A program made the translations under genes and the position numbers. A model generated the notes under the pieces. The model had not been told where the DNA came from, searched no databases, and was given only the letters and a program-made list of their open reading frames with translations. DNA of 64,000 bases. Source: Candidatus Latescibacterota bacterium (GTDB taxonomy: Bacteria > Latescibacterota > UBA2968 > SICM01). This document shows positions 61,616-64,000 of the stretch, in pieces; position 1 is the stretch's first letter, and each line of letters opens with the position of its first letter. The DNA is taken from NCBI GenBank assembly GCA_965217865.1, contig CBDCJO010000002.1, forward strand, positions 2,272,001 to 2,336,000, given 5' to 3'.

Positions 61616-62894
61616 CTAGGCCCGTACACGCCCCGGTAACTCCGTGTCCAACGGCTTCCTCCCACAAACACCCAGTCCCTGCTATCATCGTCATACTTCT
61701 TGGCCTGAAAAGGAGTGAACAGCGTACCGTCGGAACACTCCACCGTGTTGACCGTGCACAGGCCGTCGGAGACGGGAATGTCGTCGCGGAGCACCTACTT
61801 CCTCACTCCAGGTCTTGCCGTGGTCAGAGGTGAAACGCGCGCGCACACCGTAGGGCTGCGCAAACCGCCTCTGGTAGGAGCATACTATCGTTCCATCGGC
61901 CAATGCTGTCGGCCAGGGATGCTTGGCGCGAATCGGTGTCTGTTGCGGCTCAGACCAGCTCCTGCCTCCGTCCGAAGACGATATGCAATAGGCAAAGTTG
62001 GCCAGCTCCGTGCGCAGGATGACGAACATGCTGCCGTCGCCATTGATGATTGGAAAAGTCTCGTTGAAGCCTTGCTGGGCCGGCGACTTCTTGCCGTCGG
62101 CCGCGCGGACCGCTTCCCACGTCTCGCCGGCGTCGTCGGATCGTACGCAGTAGACGCTCCAGCGCCCATGGCCGTAACTGTGGAGGCGGCCCTCCACCGT
62201 CGCGGAATGATCCTCCTTTGCGGAGATGCGTTCCTCCGGGGTACAGCCATAGGCGAAGTAGACTAGGGAGCCATCCTCCAGCAGTCGCAACGGGCCGCGT
62301 GCTACGAAGTGCGCGAAGAAGGGCAACTGCTCGTAGATGTCCCGCTTCTCCCAGGTCTTGCCGCCGTCCGTTGATCGCTTCTGCCACATGTCATAGATGA
62401 TGGCGCAGAAGTTCTGCCCGGATCCCGCTTCTCCCCGGTTGCCTGGGCCGGCGGCCTCCTTCCCGCCCAGGTCCCACACATGATACCCTCCTTCTCCAGC
62501 CGCTTCACCTCCGTCCGCGGGTACCGGACATAGCCGCTGCCGCCCACCTCGATGATGGTGCCACCGGGCATCGTTACGCGATTGTGGCTCGGCCCCGGCC
62601 ACGGCTGGTCGGTGATCTGCCAGGTCAGCCCTTGGTCCTCCGAGACGAGCACGATGCTGCTGGCCACGAACCACCCGGCGTCACTGGTCTGACTGGCATC
62701 AAAACTGATGCTCACAGTCATCCATATTTTGTCCTGCTCATCGAGGTGGAGCAGCCCCGCGCTCACGTTCTCGTACTGCGGGCTGCTCAGGATGTCGACG
62801 TCAATTTTCCAGGGCTTTGATGAATCCGGCACAAAAACCTCCAATCGTCAATTTGCCCAGGTTCGATTCGGTTCCCGATCCCCGCCCTTCACGC

Positions 62895-64000
62895 TCATCT
62901 TGGATAGTTGTACTTCTCCCCGGGCGGAGGAACCTCCAGCTTCGGACCGTACGGGCCCCGGTAACTCCGTGTCCAACGGCTGCCTCCCACGAAGTACCAC
63001 TCCCGGCCCTCATCGTCATACTTCTTCGCCCCGAACGCCGTAAACAGTGTCCCATCCGACAACTCCACCGTGTTTGGCTCGGCAACACGTCCCCCTTTGC
63101 TCGGAGCTGGAATGTCATCACGTATCACCACTTCCTCGCTCCAGGTCTTCCCCATGTCCGACGTGAATCTAGCTCGCACCCCGTACGGTTGAGCAAATCG
63201 CCTCGGATACGAGCACACCACCGTCCCGTCTCTCAAGGCCGTCGGAATCGGATGTTTCCCTCGAATCGGGGTCTGAACTGGCTCAGACCAGCTACTGCCT
63301 CCGTCTGGAGACCATACAGAAAACGCAGGTTCGCCCAGAGTCGTTCGCAGCATCACGAAGATGTTCCCATCCCCCTGGATTATCGGAAAGGTTTCGGTAA
63401 ACCCTGCGCTGGAACAGGAATGCCGCCCGTCCGCCATCAGGACAAGATCCCAGGTGGTGCCATTATCAGTACTTCGTAGGATATAGGTGCTGGACCGGCC
63501 ACTATTGTAGCTGGATCGTAACCCCTCCTGTTTCTCGAGGTGCCTGTCTTCCACCCCATACCCGTACGCAAGGAAGATCAACGTGCCGTCGTCCAGCAAT
63601 CTCAATGGACCCCGGGCGGCGAAGTGCGCAAAAAATGGAAGCTGATCGCCAATCGATCGCTCCTCCCAGATCTGCCCCCCATCCCTGGAAACCTTCACAT
63701 TTGCGCCATCGAGAACCGCACAATAGCCTTGTTTTTCACCGAGGTCCCAAACGTAGTAGCCCTCGGCCTCGAGACGCTCGACCTCGGTGGGGGGGTACCG
63801 AGTCCAGCCCCTCCCCCCCATCTCGATCATCGTGCCATCTGGAAGGACAACACGGGTGCGGGATGGGGCAGGGCTCGGACGATCGGTGATCTGCCAGGTC
63901 ACCCCCCCGTCCTCCGACAGCAGGACGATCACGGTCTCCAACGCAGAAAAGGCATCCTCACTCTGACTTTCATCGAAGCAAATCCACACAGGCAGCCAGA
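62895..64000 (-). CDS. BNR/sialidase-like protein (5' end outside the window)
   Basis: Asp-boxes SEDGGVTW, SRDGGQIW, STDNGTTW, SPDGGSSW, TSDMGKTW. Confidence 0.8.
   Translation of the reverse strand, partial: WLPVWICFDESQSEDAFSALETVIVLLSEDGGVTWQITDRPSPAPSRTRVVLPDGTMIEMGGRGWTRYPPTEVERLEAEGYYVWDLGEKQGYCAVLDGANVKVSRDGGQIWEERSIGDQLPFFAHFAARGPLRLLDDGTLIFLAYGYGVEDRHLEKQEGLRSSYNSGRSSTYILRSTDNGTTWDLVLMADGRHSCSSAGFTETFPIIQGDGNIFVMLRTTLGEPAFSVWSPDGGSSWSEPVQTPIRGKHPIPTALRDGTVVCSYPRRFAQPYGVRARFTSDMGKTWSEEVVIRDDIPAPSKGGRVAEPNTVELSDGTLFTAFGAKKYDDEGREWYFVGGSRWTRSYRGPYGPKLEVPPPGEKYNYPR

Larger units (their letters stand above)
60038..62832 (-). pseudogene. BNR/sialidase-like gene with two frameshifts and an IS insertion in its last codons
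   Basis: Asp-boxes, colinear with the paralog at 62895. Frameshifts at ~62487 and ~61795. The tail RLEVPPPGEKYNYPKSE* lies at 60038-60092, beyond the IS. Confidence 0.85.

Overview
Bacterial chromosomal window of roughly 55-60% GC (estimated by eye). The gene content resembles uncultured carbohydrate-degrading lineages such as Latescibacterota, Poribacteria or Planctomycetes; this placement is inference only. Housekeeping genes: acs, gltA, a CxxxY-type ccmE and an HU/IHF gene. Also present: a copper-efflux cluster (Cys/His-rich leader ORF, copA, cusCBA), many paralogous uncharacterised glycosidase/lyase/BNR genes, two tandem PhyH dioxygenases, an orphan beta-class DNA methyltransferase, a CehA/McbA hydrolase, a broken M28-peptidase/FtsX giant membrane gene, a DUF6785-like membrane protein, and a cNMP-PAS-histidine kinase followed by two stand-alone cNMP-binding proteins. 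Mobile DNA: two IS1182-like copies with CTAG duplications (one splits a BNR gene), an IS200 sitting precisely inside a heptamer tract, and a 5'-truncated IS110 whose ~500-bp 3' non-coding end has a repeated stem/internal-loop architecture suggestive of a bridge/seek RNA. The most striking unexplained signal is that most intergenic spacers are built from a shuffled, transcription-oriented vocabulary of five or six 6-7-nt words. Four genes carry frameshifts, some in homopolymers, so sequencing error cannot be excluded. No rRNA, tRNA or CRISPR array was seen.
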